NCBI GenBank assembly: GCA_040004335.1
Contig: JBDUBA010000490.1
Span: 2,317-66,316, forward strand
DNA length: 64,000 nt
From: Gemmatimonas sp.
Lineage (GTDB): Bacteria; Gemmatimonadota; Gemmatimonadetes; Gemmatimonadales; Gemmatimonadaceae
Direction of reading: 5' to 3'
A program made the position numbers and the translations under genes. Shown here one piece after another: positions 19,379 through 29,906 of the stretch. The first letter of the stretch is position 1, and each line of letters opens with the position of its first letter. The notes beneath the pieces are model-generated. The model was given only the letters and a program-made list of their open reading frames with translations, did not search any database and was not told the DNA's origin.

Positions 19379-20299
19379 ATGCTCGCTCAAACCATTCTCC
19401 ACACCATCGGCAACACGCCACACGTTCGCATCAACCGACTGTTCGGTTCAACGCACAACGTGTGGATGAAACTCGAACGCGCGAATCCGGGTGCGAGTAT
19501 CAAGGACCGCATTGCCCTCGCAATGATCGAGGATGCCGAGCGATCGGGCAGCCTGACGAGCGACAGCGTCATCATCGAGCCAACGTCCGGCAACACCGGC
19601 ATCGGCCTCGCAATGGTTGCCGCTGTGAAAGGGTACAAACTGATTCTGGTCATGCCCGAGTCGATGTCAATCGAACGTCGTCGCATCATGGCGGCGTACG
19701 GCGCGACATTCGATCTCACGCCTCGCGAGAAAGGCATGCGCGGCGCGATTGAGCGCGCAAGCGAACTCGTGGCAACAACTCCCGGAGCGTGGATGCCGCA
19801 GCAGTTCGACAACGCCGCCAACATTTGTGTTCATGCGGAGACCACTGCCCAGGAAATCCTTGCGGATTTTCCAGGTGGCATTGATTACCTGATCACGGGT
19901 GTTGGAACGGGTGGCCACATTACCGGCGTCAGCGAAACGCTCAAAAAACAGTTTCCAAATTTGAAGACCTTTGCGGTGGAGCCGGTCAAGTCGGCCGTCA
20001 TTGGCGGCGGATCTCCGGGTCCGCACAAGGTGCAAGGTATAGGCGCCGGGTTCATTCCCAACAACCTGCATCGCGACACATTGGACGGCGCTATTGCCAT
20101 CACCGAAGAAGACGCATACGCGTTTACTCAACGCGCCGCACGCGAGGAAGGAATTTTTATCGGTGTCTCAAGCGGGGCGTCGCTCGCGGCGGTTGCGCAA
20201 AAACTTCCGGATATTCCCGCTGGCAGAACGGTGCTCACGTTCTGCTACGACACGGGCGAGCGGTATTTGTCCATCGACGGTTTGTTTCCGGTCACATAG
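19379..20299 (+). CDS. cysK: cysteine synthase A
   Basis: [14 protein letters not shown] (PLP Lys), [33 protein letters not shown]. Confidence 0.96.
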   Translation: MLAQTILHTIGNTPHVRINRLFGSTHNVWMKLERANPGASIKDRIALAMIEDAERSGSLTSDSVIIEPTSGNTGIGLAMVAAVKGYKLILVMPESMSIERRRIMAAYGATFDLTPREKGMRGAIERASELVATTPGAWMPQQFDNAANICVHAETTAQEILADFPGGIDYLITGVGTGGHITGVSETLKKQFPNLKTFAVEPVKSAVIGGGSPGPHKVQGIGAGFIPNNLHRDTLDGAIAITEEDAYAFTQRAAREEGIFIGVSSGASLAAVAQKLPDIPAGRTVLTFCYDTGERYLSIDGLFPVT

Positions 20300-20317
20300 C
20301 GCTGTTGGATAGCGGAA

Positions 20318-23300
20318 TTGACGCGCCGGTGCACTTTTAAACAGGTGCACTACACGGTCCCGCAACTAGTCGCGCTCGACGAGCGCTTCCCGACGCAACG
20401 CAAACTCCTGCTCGCGCCCAGCATCAATTTTGGTCGCGAGCTACTGGCTGCCCTGGCGCACGAACGCGGCAGTTGGATTGGCTGGGAAGTCGCGACGCTG
20501 GCGACACTCGCACAAAAACTGGCGCTCGTTGATCTGGCCGAACGCGAAGTGCGTCGTGCCAGCGATGTCGCCGTGGCGGATATCGTCAACTCGGCATTTG
20601 ATGACGTGGTGGATTCGCCTGGTTTTTCTCCAGAACTGGCCGCTCTCACGTGGAGCGCCGGAACGCGCGGCGCGATCGCCGACGCGATTCTTGAACTGCG
20701 AACCGCCAATGTGAGCGCCGCACAACTGAGCGCGATTGGTACGGTCGGGGTCGCACCCTCGCTGGCGATGGTGCTTCGGCGCTACGAACAGTTGCTCACG
20801 CAGCGCCACTTGGCCGACGCTGCCGAGGTTTTCCGATCGGCCTCGGCCGCCTTCGATCGCGAGAAGACATTCGCACTGGAACATGCGCTGTTAGTCGCAG
20901 TGCCAGCATGGACGGTGCAGGGTGCGACCAGAACACTCTTCGATCAGCTGGTTTCTCACGGTCTGCAGGTGCTCCGACCATTGCAACTAGCTTTGGCCAT
21001 TCCGCCGGCCGGATTGGTCGATTCGTTGGCCACCGCGGTTGAGATCGAGGTTGAGACACGCGCGCCAAGTTGTTCTCCGGCAATGTTTTGCGCCGGGACG
21101 ACCGCGGACGAAATTCGCGAGGTAGTCCGCCGTGCTGTGGCGAATGGACGCCGATTGGATGAAATCGAAGTGGCGAGCACGGACCGCGATACCTATGGAC
21201 TCATAGTAGACGCACTATGCACACAGATTGGCGCCAGTTGTACTAGTGTCGACGGTATTTCTCTCGCTTCAACCAGAATCGGACGCGCCCTTGAGCGCTG
21301 GCTCACCTGGATTGAATCCGACTACTCCGCGACATCTGTCCGCGACGCACTCGAGTCAGGCGACTGGCAGATCACGCTAGGTGCGACCCGAATTGTCGGC
21401 GCAACGTTATCCGCCGAGTTGCGACGATTGAAGATCGGCTGGGGGTTGGCGGCGACTGAGCGAGCCGCAGAAACACTGCAGGCTCCGGCATGGCGCCAGC
21501 TCCGTTCGCGACACGACGACGAGTCCGACGATTCGTACGAGCGCCGCCAAGCCGCCCGGAACGCCGCGGCGGATGCGCTGGCGTCCCTGCTTGGCCTTTT
21601 GCTGGCGAACGCGCCCACGCGAACCCAGGAAGATTCAGCGCAACAGGGCCTGAACTTTGACGGCAATTCGGGCGTGATCTCGGTCTCGGAACTCGCCGCG
21701 CGCACCATCAACGTACTTCAGCTAGTTGAACCACACGGTCCGGCCGAGCGCGCCACGTTGCAGCGCGTGACTGAGCGACTGCAGGAAGTCGCGGCCGTTA
21801 GCGGCCAACGCACCAGCGTGACAAACGCGCTCGCCATGTTGCGACAGGAACTGGCCAACCTGCGCGCCTGGACGAACACGAGCAACACCAATCGACCGCG
21901 TCGGGCAACCGGTGGACACATCCATCTCACCAACATCGACAGCGCGGGTGCGACGGGGCGGCCGCTGTTGTTCCTGGTCGGGCTCGACGCCGATCGCACC
22001 GCCGGACCCGTGCTACAGTCACCACTGTTGCCCGACGTTTTGCGCACGCGCCTCAACGAGCGCGGTGCACAATTGCCAACGATTGAGCAGCGGCGGCGCG
22101 AACGTGCGTGGCATTTGGCCGTCGCCATGGCGGGATCGAGTTCGGATGTGACGCTGTCCTATGCAATTCGCGATGGGGCGGATGCGCGCGAATCGTCACC
22201 TGCACCCGCGCTGTTGCAGGTGTTTCGCGATGCGACGAGTGATGAGGGAAAAACGTACGACGAACTCCGTGCGGCCTTTGGGGAACCGGTAAGCGCCATT
22301 CCCAAAATTCCGGCTCACGCAATCGATGCGCGCGACGTCGTCTTTTCGCACCTGGCCGACGGTGCGCTGTTGCTCGACGGGGAATCGCTCGTGCGCGACC
22401 TGCATCCAGGGCTCAATCGTGGGCTACACGCGGTGGCTGAACGCGCCCGCGATATTGTTGGCCCGTATCACGGCCTTGTTGAAGCCGCGGCGGTGCTCGA
22501 TCCACGTACATCGCAATCGCCAGTCAGTCCAAGTTCCCTGGAGAGTCTCGCCACGTGTTCTCTCCGTTGGTTCTATTCAACTGCGCTCAATGCGCGACCG
22601 CCTGAAGAACCGGTGTTCGATGCGATGGTGTGGTTGAATGTTCTGGAACGCGGCAGCGCGCTTCATCTGATTTACGAACGGATTGTGCGCGAACAGTTGC
22701 ACGAGCAGCCGCCAACCGAAGCGCGTCGAGTTGCGACATCGACAATTGTGAATGATGTGACCGACGAACTTTCGCGAGTGATTCCGGCCGCGGGCAGGGC
22801 GGTGCGCGCGCGTGAGATTGCGGCGTTGGACAATGACGCACAACTGTTTGTGAACAGTGAGCATGAAGCGTACATGCGCGACCCGTGGACTGTGGTTGCG
22901 ATCGAATCCGAGTTCGGGTTTGGCTCGGACGGGCATGACGCCACACTTCTGCTTGATGATGGAACGTCGCTCCGTGTGCGCGGCCGCGTTGATCGTGTTG
23001 ATCGGTTGAGCGACAACACGCTGCGGCTGGTCGATTACAAGACGGGTCGTGCATTCGAGCTTGATACCACCCGCGGCGCTTTTGACGGTGGGCGCAAACT
23101 GCAGCTGGCCGTCTATTCTCCGGCCGTGAGCAAGCAGTTTGATGCCGTTGTCAGCGCCGCGGAATATCAGTTTCCAACCAAACGCGGCAACGGAGCCGTA
23201 GCGCGCGCTGATCGTGAATTGCTGGACGCCGCTCCGCGCATTGTGCGAACGTTGCTGGACGATGTTGCAGCGGGCCGATTTGTTGCCACGGTCGACAAAA

Positions 23301-23464
23301 AGGATTGTCAATATTGCAACTACGCTGCGATCTGCCGAACGAATGTCAGCGACTTTGGCCAGACCACGAGTCCGCGCGCCGAGTGGGCGAAGACCCATCT
23401 GAACGACAGTCCGCACTTTGAAGGCGTGCGTTTGCGCAAACGACGCATTGGAGAGGACGAATGA
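20318..23464 (+). CDS. addB: AddB-like nuclease subunit (inactive helicase fold plus PD-(D/E)XK nuclease with Fe-S staple)
   Basis: SPSSLESLATCSLRWF, RGSALH, RGRVDRVD, VDYKTG, LQLAVY, CQYCNYAAIC; coupled to addA. Start uncertain (20318 TTG or 20345 GTG). Confidence 0.85.
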   Translation: MTRRCTFKQVHYTVPQLVALDERFPTQRKLLLAPSINFGRELLAALAHERGSWIGWEVATLATLAQKLALVDLAEREVRRASDVAVADIVNSAFDDVVDSPGFSPELAALTWSAGTRGAIADAILELRTANVSAAQLSAIGTVGVAPSLAMVLRRYEQLLTQRHLADAAEVFRSASAAFDREKTFALEHALLVAVPAWTVQGATRTLFDQLVSHGLQVLRPLQLALAIPPAGLVDSLATAVEIEVETRAPSCSPAMFCAGTTADEIREVVRRAVANGRRLDEIEVASTDRDTYGLIVDALCTQIGASCTSVDGISLASTRIGRALERWLTWIESDYSATSVRDALESGDWQITLGATRIVGATLSAELRRLKIGWGLAATERAAETLQAPAWRQLRSRHDDESDDSYERRQAARNAAADALASLLGLLLANAPTRTQEDSAQQGLNFDGNSGVISVSELAARTINVLQLVEPHGPAERATLQRVTERLQEVAAVSGQRTSVTNALAMLRQELANLRAWTNTSNTNRPRRATGGHIHLTNIDSAGATGRPLLFLVGLDADRTAGPVLQSPLLPDVLRTRLNERGAQLPTIEQRRRERAWHLAVAMAGSSSDVTLSYAIRDGADARESSPAPALLQVFRDATSDEGKTYDELRAAFGEPVSAIPKIPAHAIDARDVVFSHLADGALLLDGESLVRDLHPGLNRGLHAVAERARDIVGPYHGLVEAAAVLDPRTSQSPVSPSSLESLATCSLRWFYSTALNARPPEEPVFDAMVWLNVLERGSALHLIYERIVREQLHEQPPTEARRVATSTIVNDVTDELSRVIPAAGRAVRAREIAALDNDAQLFVNSEHEAYMRDPWTVVAIESEFGFGSDGHDATLLLDDGTSLRVRGRVDRVDRLSDNTLRLVDYKTGRAFELDTTRGAFDGGRKLQLAVYSPAVSKQFDAVVSAAEYQFPTKRGNGAVARADRELLDAAPRIVRTLLDDVAAGRFVATVDKKDCQYCNYAAICRTNVSDFGQTTSPRAEWAKTHLNDSPHFEGVRLRKRRIGEDE

Positions 23465-26400
23465 CGGCGATCGAGAAAGTGTTATTCGAGAATGACGACG
23501 AGGCGCGCGCAATTATTCGCGCCGAACTCGATACCAATCTGTTGGTCGAGGCCGGCGCTGGTTCGGGAAAGACAACCCTGATGGTTGATCGATTGCTGGC
23601 GTACGTTGCACGGGGCACACCGGTTGATGCACTGGCCGCAGTGACGTTCACGAAAAAGGCCGCAAACGAATTGCGGCAGCGTCTGGAAGTAAAAATGGAG
23701 GAACGCGCGCGCGGTGAAATCGACGGCGTGCAGGAACGGTTTGTCGTAGCGCTGCAGAATCGCGAACGCATGTTCATTGGCACGGTGCACGCCTTCTGCG
23801 GTCGAATCCTGCGAGAACATGCGCTGGATGCCGGATTGCCGCCGGACTTTTCGGAATTGGATCAGGCCGAGTCAAACGGTTTGCGCGACTCGTCCTGGCG
23901 CAGATTTGTTGAATTTTCTGCGCAGGAAAACAGCGAGCTTCTGGCGGACGTTGTGCGTGTTGGTGTTGATCCGCTTGCACTTTTTGATGCCTTCAAGAGT
24001 CGCGAACAATTCCGCGACGTCGAATTTCCCGCGCCGTCCATGCCGTGCCCTCGGCACGAATCCATTCGTGATCAGTTGCTGCAGCTGATTGCACAGGCGG
24101 CCAGAGTGCGCGTGGCCGCCGGCACGAGGCGCGACAAGTTGCAAAAAACACTGGACCAGTTGAGTCGTAGCTATCGCGCACACAATCAGTGGGCGAATGT
24201 TGCCGAATTTGCGCAGGATGCGACCGTGCTGTTGTCCAGGAGTGGTCGGGCGATCGTTCAAAAAGATTGGGCGGATACGAAAGAGGGAAAGCTCGCTGCC
24301 AAAGAATTTGCGGCCACGATCGATGATTTTGTTGAAGGGCCACTCACCCGATGGCTCGGGCAGTGGTGGGCGCATGTGTACGAACCCGTTGTCGCGTTGT
24401 TGAATGCTGGAAGCGAGTGGGCACTTCGTCAGCGTCGTCGTTCCGGGCAACTGGGGTTCGATGACCTGCTTACCGAAACTGCGCGTTTGCTGCGAACGCA
24501 CACAGACGCACGGCAAACCGTTGGTGAACGATACCGGCATCTGCTGGTCGACGAATTTCAGGATACCGACCCCGTGCAGGCGGAAGTGTGTTTTCTCATT
24601 GCGTCCGATCCATCCGAAGGCAACGAGTGGAGTGACGTGAGGCTGCGCGACGGTGCGCTCTTTGTCGTGGGAGATCCCAAACAAAGTATCTATCGATTTC
24701 GGCGCGCCGACCTCGCGATGTACCGCCTGGTCGAATCACGCATCGCGCTGTGTGGCAAAGTGGTGCATCTCACGCGAAACTTTCGATCGGTATTGGCTAT
24801 TGGCGCGGTTGTGAACGAACACTTCGTGGACGTATTCGTGCCTGCCGATGAACAGTCGCCGCGCGTTTTGTGGCAGGCGCCGTTTGCGCCATTGGTTGCG
24901 GCAATGAGACGTGTTCCACATGCCCATGCTGGTATTTACCGGTATCAAATTGGCCGCGCGGGGAAAGCGACCAACAATGAATTGGTGGCCGAGGATGCGG
25001 CCCTGTTGGCCAGTTGGATTGCGCAACGCTGCGGTGCGAATGGAGATCGAACGCCGCAGGACTTTCTGATTCTCACGCCACGAAAGGACGAACTGGCGCA
25101 ATACGCGCACGAGCTGGCGTTGCGCAACGTTCCGATATCCGTAACCGGGGCCACCAACAACGCTGACGATGTATTGCATGAGTTATTGGTGATTCTGCGC
25201 GCCTTGGCCGATCCAACGAACGCCGTCGCCGTGATTGCGGCGCTCGAGGGATGGTGTGTTGGTTGCAGCCACGTGGATTTGTGGGATGCCCGCACAAGCG
25301 GTCTGGATTTTCGTATTACGCACGCGCCGGACGAAAACAGTTCGCCGGCGGGTGCAGGATTGCATCACCTCTATCAATGGTGGGTAATGTCGCAGCGCGC
25401 TACTGCTGCGTCATTGGTTGAACGTGTGTTGGATGACAGCGGCCTGCTGTTAGCGGCCGCAAGCTCCGACCTCGGCGACCGAAGTGCAGGACAGCTGTTG
25501 CAATTGGTTGCGCTACTTCGAAACGGAACGCGCACCGATCTTGCGACTGCTATCGAAACCATCGAGCAGGCGCTCAAAGCAGACGATGAGGCTCCAACAC
25601 TTCGCATAACACGCGGTAACGCTGTCCGCCTGATGAATCTTCACAAGGCGAAGGGTCTTGAAGCCCCCGTGGTTGTGCTGGCGGCGCCGAAAGACTTCGA
25701 ACCGCGGGCAGCGAAAGTTGCAACATGGCGCACAGCATACGGAACGGCGCAGGGTGCGCTGCGTGTCGTCGATGACGACGGGCAGCCAGTTGCACAGCCG
25801 CTGGAATGGGACTCGCTGGTCGCGGACGAGAACGATCGGATTGATGCCGAACGTGCGCGACTGCTCTACGTTGCTGTTACGCGCGCAGAAGAAGAATTGG
25901 TGGTGTCGCAACGTGCGCCGTACACGTTGAGCAAAGGCGAACTGCGCACCGATGCCAGCCAATGGTCACCGCTTGCACCCGTATTGATGCGTCAGGCGCG
26001 CGAGTTGCACCTGATTGAGAACGTTCCGCCGGGTCGGCGCGGTGTGCAGGTTTCAACGGCGCACGTTCGTACGGAAATTGATGCAACAGCTGCGCGTCTG
26101 CATGCGGCCGAACGTGCACGTTATGTTCTCGTCAGCGTGACGGAAGCCGCGAAACGGGACGCCGCGCAGGCCGAAGAAGACGGCACGTCGCTTTGGCAAG
26201 AACGGCACGAATCAGCAAACTTGAATTCTGAACTCGAGCCCGAAGTGTCGGCGCGTCGCGCGCCGCCGACGAAAATTGACGGGCGCGAGTTCGGAACGCT
26301 GGCACACGCCGCCATGGAAGCTGCGCTTCGCGGGCGGAACGGTGAGTCCTTGGTGCAATACATCCGCGCGCTGGCGTGGCACCACCTGCCATCGGCCACT

Positions 26401-26760
26401 CACGCTGATCGAGCACTGGTCGTGACACGCGTCATGGACGCCGTTCACGTAGCCAGGACGAGCCACAGCTGGCCGTTGCTCGCCGCCGGACACGCGTTGG
26501 CGGAACTCAACGTGGCCAGCGTGTCCGGTGATTTCGATTCCGGTCACGGGGTGTTGTCGGAGGGTATTGTGGACGCTGCCGCGCTTGGGAACGACGGCTG
26601 GACGGTCGTCGACTGGAAGTTCAGCGGGAGCAGCGATGCCCTCTGGGCGGCGCAACTTCCCGCATATCAGGCGCAAACAAACACCTATGTACGAGCCCTG
26701 CACAATCGCACGGGTATTCCGGGTGTCGCACGCATCGAACGCATCCCGGGTAAGCACTGA
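23461..26760 (+). CDS. addA: AddA-like UvrD helicase-nuclease subunit
   Basis: EAGAGSGKT, VTFTKKAA, TVHAFC, VDEFQD, VGDPKQSIYRFRRAD, NFRS, HKAKGLE, RLLYVAVTRA; C-terminal GIVD..VDWK nuclease. Confidence 0.9.
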   Translation: MTAIEKVLFENDDEARAIIRAELDTNLLVEAGAGSGKTTLMVDRLLAYVARGTPVDALAAVTFTKKAANELRQRLEVKMEERARGEIDGVQERFVVALQNRERMFIGTVHAFCGRILREHALDAGLPPDFSELDQAESNGLRDSSWRRFVEFSAQENSELLADVVRVGVDPLALFDAFKSREQFRDVEFPAPSMPCPRHESIRDQLLQLIAQAARVRVAAGTRRDKLQKTLDQLSRSYRAHNQWANVAEFAQDATVLLSRSGRAIVQKDWADTKEGKLAAKEFAATIDDFVEGPLTRWLGQWWAHVYEPVVALLNAGSEWALRQRRRSGQLGFDDLLTETARLLRTHTDARQTVGERYRHLLVDEFQDTDPVQAEVCFLIASDPSEGNEWSDVRLRDGALFVVGDPKQSIYRFRRADLAMYRLVESRIALCGKVVHLTRNFRSVLAIGAVVNEHFVDVFVPADEQSPRVLWQAPFAPLVAAMRRVPHAHAGIYRYQIGRAGKATNNELVAEDAALLASWIAQRCGANGDRTPQDFLILTPRKDELAQYAHELALRNVPISVTGATNNADDVLHELLVILRALADPTNAVAVIAALEGWCVGCSHVDLWDARTSGLDFRITHAPDENSSPAGAGLHHLYQWWVMSQRATAASLVERVLDDSGLLLAAASSDLGDRSAGQLLQLVALLRNGTRTDLATAIETIEQALKADDEAPTLRITRGNAVRLMNLHKAKGLEAPVVVLAAPKDFEPRAAKVATWRTAYGTAQGALRVVDDDGQPVAQPLEWDSLVADENDRIDAERARLLYVAVTRAEEELVVSQRAPYTLSKGELRTDASQWSPLAPVLMRQARELHLIENVPPGRRGVQVSTAHVRTEIDATAARLHAAERARYVLVSVTEAAKRDAAQAEEDGTSLWQERHESANLNSELEPEVSARRAPPTKIDGREFGTLAHAAMEAALRGRNGESLVQYIRALAWHHLPSATHADRALVVTRVMDAVHVARTSHSWPLLAAGHALAELNVASVSGDFDSGHGVLSEGIVDAAALGNDGWTVVDWKFSGSSDALWAAQLPAYQAQTNTYVRALHNRTGIPGVARIERIPGKH

Positions 26761-26853
26761 ATACAGATCTTCCGGGCTGTCCCTCTGGCTCAGGCCGCCC
26801 CCGCCCGTATTTTTCTCGGGTCGCACCAACTCGCTTCCACCTCAGGTATCTCA

Positions 26854-27567
26854 ATGTCAAAACTCGCTTTCCGTTGGCCGCTTCTGGTTCTGTCGCTTTC
26901 CGCCTCCATGGTTTCGTGCAAAAGTGCAGCCCAGGGTGGAACCGCGGCTGCTGCAGCCTCGCCTAAACCCGGCGCGTGGCGGCCGTTGTTGACTGCCACC
27001 AGCGCTGATGCCTGGCGGGGCTACAAGATGACCACGTTGCCTCCGGGGTGGAGCGTGACCAACGGTGAACTCAGCAAAACCAAGACCACCGAAGACATCG
27101 TGACGAAGGAAGAATTTTCGGACTTCGAATTCGAAATGGATTGGAAGCTCGAGAAGGGCGGCAACTCGGGGCTATTCTATCGCGGCAGCGAAGAATTTGA
27201 TCGGGTGTACTGGAGCGCGGTTGAGTATCAACTGTTGGATGACGCCAACGCGCCCGACGGAAAAAACCCGCTGACGTCCGCCGCGGCCGCCTACGGGCTG
27301 TACGCGCCACCCAAAGACGTCGTGAAACCGTTTGGAGAGTGGAACAGCACGCGAATTGTGGTGAAAGGCGCGCACGTCGAACATTGGCTCAACGGTAAGA
27401 AGGTGGTTGAATACGAACTGTGGAGCCCCGACTGGGAAGCGAAAGTTGCCGCCAGCAAGTTCAAGACATGGACCAAATACGGCCGCGCAAAAACCGGACA
27501 CATTGCCATTCAAGGCGATCACAACGGCGCGTTGATGCTGCGCAACATGCGGGTGCGCACGTTGTAA
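26854..27567 (+). CDS. DUF1080 (3-keto-disaccharide hydrolase family) lipoprotein
   Basis: Lipobox MVSC, GNSGLFY, EYQLLD, GEWN, VEHWLNG, GHIAIQGDH. Confidence 0.88.
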   Translation: MSKLAFRWPLLVLSLSASMVSCKSAAQGGTAAAAASPKPGAWRPLLTATSADAWRGYKMTTLPPGWSVTNGELSKTKTTEDIVTKEEFSDFEFEMDWKLEKGGNSGLFYRGSEEFDRVYWSAVEYQLLDDANAPDGKNPLTSAAAAYGLYAPPKDVVKPFGEWNSTRIVVKGAHVEHWLNGKKVVEYELWSPDWEAKVAASKFKTWTKYGRAKTGHIAIQGDHNGALMLRNMRVRTL

Positions 27568-27600
27568 CCCTCGACCGCAACTAACCTTCGCCCCCCACCA

Positions 27601-28692
27601 ATGTTCAAAGGCTTGCGCGTACCCGAACGCCTGTTCTCGCTGGCCATGTGGGCGGTGTCGCTCTTGTTCGCGTATTTCCTGACGGCGCTGGGCAGCAAGC
27701 TGGTTGGCGAATTGCCTGGCGTGGACCGATCGGTTTCCATCGAGTCGCACATTCCGCCGGCCGTGTTGGCAAAGTTGCGCACCGATCAACAAGGATTGGA
27801 AACGCAACGCGCCACGATCAACAAAGCCGCAAACCTTGCGGGGCCGCGGCTGGTTGCGGCGCAAAATGAATATCGCGCTGCTCGTGAAACGTTTGATACG
27901 TGGATCACGACGCGCACCGCAACCACCGATCCGAAGCAGGACCCGGAAGTGCTGCGTCGGCAACGCAACATCGATGCACTCAAGACTGCCGAAAGCGACA
28001 TTCAAGCCGAACTCGATGGGTTGAATTCGCGCCTCGCGCAGTTGCAGCAGTCACGCGACTCAATCGATACGATCGAGGGGCAGCTCAAGGAAGACGCACG
28101 CCCGGCGTACGAGCGTCAGCTGTTCGTGAAAGAGCTGACGGTCTTCGGCATTCGACTGCTCATTACCCTGCCCCTGTTGGTGATTGCCGGATGGTTGGTT
28201 GTACGCAAACGAAAAAACGAATACTGGCCAATCGCGCGCGGATTCGTATTGTTCGCGCTGTACGCCTTCTTTGTCGAGCTCGTTCCGTATTTACCGAGTT
28301 ACGGGGGGTTCATTCGAAATGGTGTTGGGGTCGTGCTCACGTTTATCGCGGGTATGTACGTCATTCGCGCGATGAAGACCTACCTGGCCAAGCGCCAATT
28401 GGTTGAACAACAATCGGCCGTAGAACGCCAACGCACCCTGGGGTACGAGGAAGCAATCAAGAAAATGAGCGCCGGCGTTTGCCCCGGATGTGAGCGCCCG
28501 ATTGCCGGTGGATTGCAATCGCCCTCAAACTTCTGTGTGCACTGCGGGATCAGTTTGTTTGACAACTGCGCGGCGTGTGCAACGCGCAAGAACGCTTTTT
28601 TTCAGTATTGTCCAACCTGCGGCATTGGTACAGAGGCCCGCGAACACGCGACGGCTACCGCGACAGGTTCAGCACATCTCCATACTGCGTAA
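27601..28692 (+). CDS. membrane protein with coiled coil and C-terminal double zinc ribbon
   Basis: N-terminal TM helix, long coiled coil, three TM helices, then CPGC, CVHC, CAAC, CPTC. Confidence 0.8.
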   Translation: MFKGLRVPERLFSLAMWAVSLLFAYFLTALGSKLVGELPGVDRSVSIESHIPPAVLAKLRTDQQGLETQRATINKAANLAGPRLVAAQNEYRAARETFDTWITTRTATTDPKQDPEVLRRQRNIDALKTAESDIQAELDGLNSRLAQLQQSRDSIDTIEGQLKEDARPAYERQLFVKELTVFGIRLLITLPLLVIAGWLVVRKRKNEYWPIARGFVLFALYAFFVELVPYLPSYGGFIRNGVGVVLTFIAGMYVIRAMKTYLAKRQLVEQQSAVERQRTLGYEEAIKKMSAGVCPGCERPIAGGLQSPSNFCVHCGISLFDNCAACATRKNAFFQYCPTCGIGTEAREHATATATGSAHLHTA

Positions 28693-29884
28693 CTTTGCCT
28701 TCCTTGAACGCCTGAACCAGTTCCTGCATAGAGGCAACGAGTTGCACCATCAGTCCACCGCCGCGATTTGCACCGCTCGCTGGCATCGGGTACCCGCCGC
28801 GATTGGTGGCTGAGCGAATGAATGTGCTGTTCGTCTCCAACGGCAACTTGCTGACATTGGTGTAGAAGCGACTCCACTCGTCGCCCTGGCGAAACAGATA
28901 CTGCTCAACGTTGGAGAGATAAAATGCCGACACGGTCGCATTGCGCGCCTTGAGCCACGTGCCAACGGATGCGAGCGCTTTGTCGCCGGCAAAATTACCC
29001 ACCAACGGCACAATCAGATTGCGTTGCTGCATTTCGCGCAACACGCGGTAGTTCGCTTCACTGCCAATGAAGCTGCGATTGAGTCCCGTTCCGTCATCAG
29101 AGCGCATGAGTTCCGCAAACGTGGGCATCATGCGACCATATCCACCGCCGCCGCCAAAATTTCCGCCGCGTCCGCCCTGACCAAAGCTGTAATTGAGCGC
29201 TGTGCCCGCGTAATAAAACGCACTGTCCACGTGATACAGCGACGCCAGATCTTCAGCGCTCAGTTTGAATCCCTTTTGCTTCACCAGGAAATCACGGGCC
29301 AATTCGTACGTGCGCTTGAACAACACGCTGTCGGCCGGAGCCTTTTCGAACGCGGTAATCAGTGCGTCGGCTGTCGCTGAAGTATCAAGACCCGTGGGTC
29401 GCACCCGTCCAAACAACCGCGAGAGAAAATCCGCGCGATCGTTCGACATTTCAATGACCGCTTTGTACCACATGTGCTGCAATAAATTCTGCCGCCGAAT
29501 ATCAACGATGAATGCAATTTTCGGCTTGAACGCCACGAGATACGTGAAGTTCTGCTCCGGTCCCACGCCGAGGTACACGCCACCCGGCTTGATCGAGTTG
29601 AGCAGCGGGGGAATAACCTGCTGCCAGCTGGTCTCATTGGAAACAAAATTCTCGGACGTGAAGTAGCCACTGGGCTCCGAGAACTCGCTGATCATGCGCC
29701 AGTATGTGCTGTCAGCGAGACGTTCCGGGATTACGAGCGCGGACGCATTGGCCGCTGGTGCAACGGGTGCAACGGGTGCTGCGGTTTGCGCACGCAGCAC
29801 GGGTCCTGACAATACCAGCAAACAAGCGGCAACTGTGCCGCGTGCCCGCAGCCACCGCATGAAGTTCACGTGCTGCAGGCGCAT
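28655..29884 (-). CDS. secreted conserved hypothetical protein (possible SAM-binding Rossmann fold)
   Basis: Signal peptide; SEPSGYFTSENFVSNE, GGVYLGVGPEQNFTY, FIVDIRR, FYLSNVEQYL. Confidence 0.75.
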   Translation of the reverse strand: MRLQHVNFMRWLRARGTVAACLLVLSGPVLRAQTAAPVAPVAPAANASALVIPERLADSTYWRMISEFSEPSGYFTSENFVSNETSWQQVIPPLLNSIKPGGVYLGVGPEQNFTYLVAFKPKIAFIVDIRRQNLLQHMWYKAVIEMSNDRADFLSRLFGRVRPTGLDTSATADALITAFEKAPADSVLFKRTYELARDFLVKQKGFKLSAEDLASLYHVDSAFYYAGTALNYSFGQGGRGGNFGGGGGYGRMMPTFAELMRSDDGTGLNRSFIGSEANYRVLREMQQRNLIVPLVGNFAGDKALASVGTWLKARNATVSAFYLSNVEQYLFRQGDEWSRFYTNVSKLPLETNSTFIRSATNRGGYPMPASGANRGGGLMVQLVASMQELVQAFKEGKVTQYGDVLNLSR

Positions 29885-29906
29885 AGAATCACGAAGTTGA
29901 GCTGTT

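Noticed and set aside
20318-26760. Helicase-nuclease pair as a novel defence system or Cas4-like module
   Set aside because: Order, size, Fe-S staple cysteines and dual nucleases fit housekeeping AddAB recombination repair.
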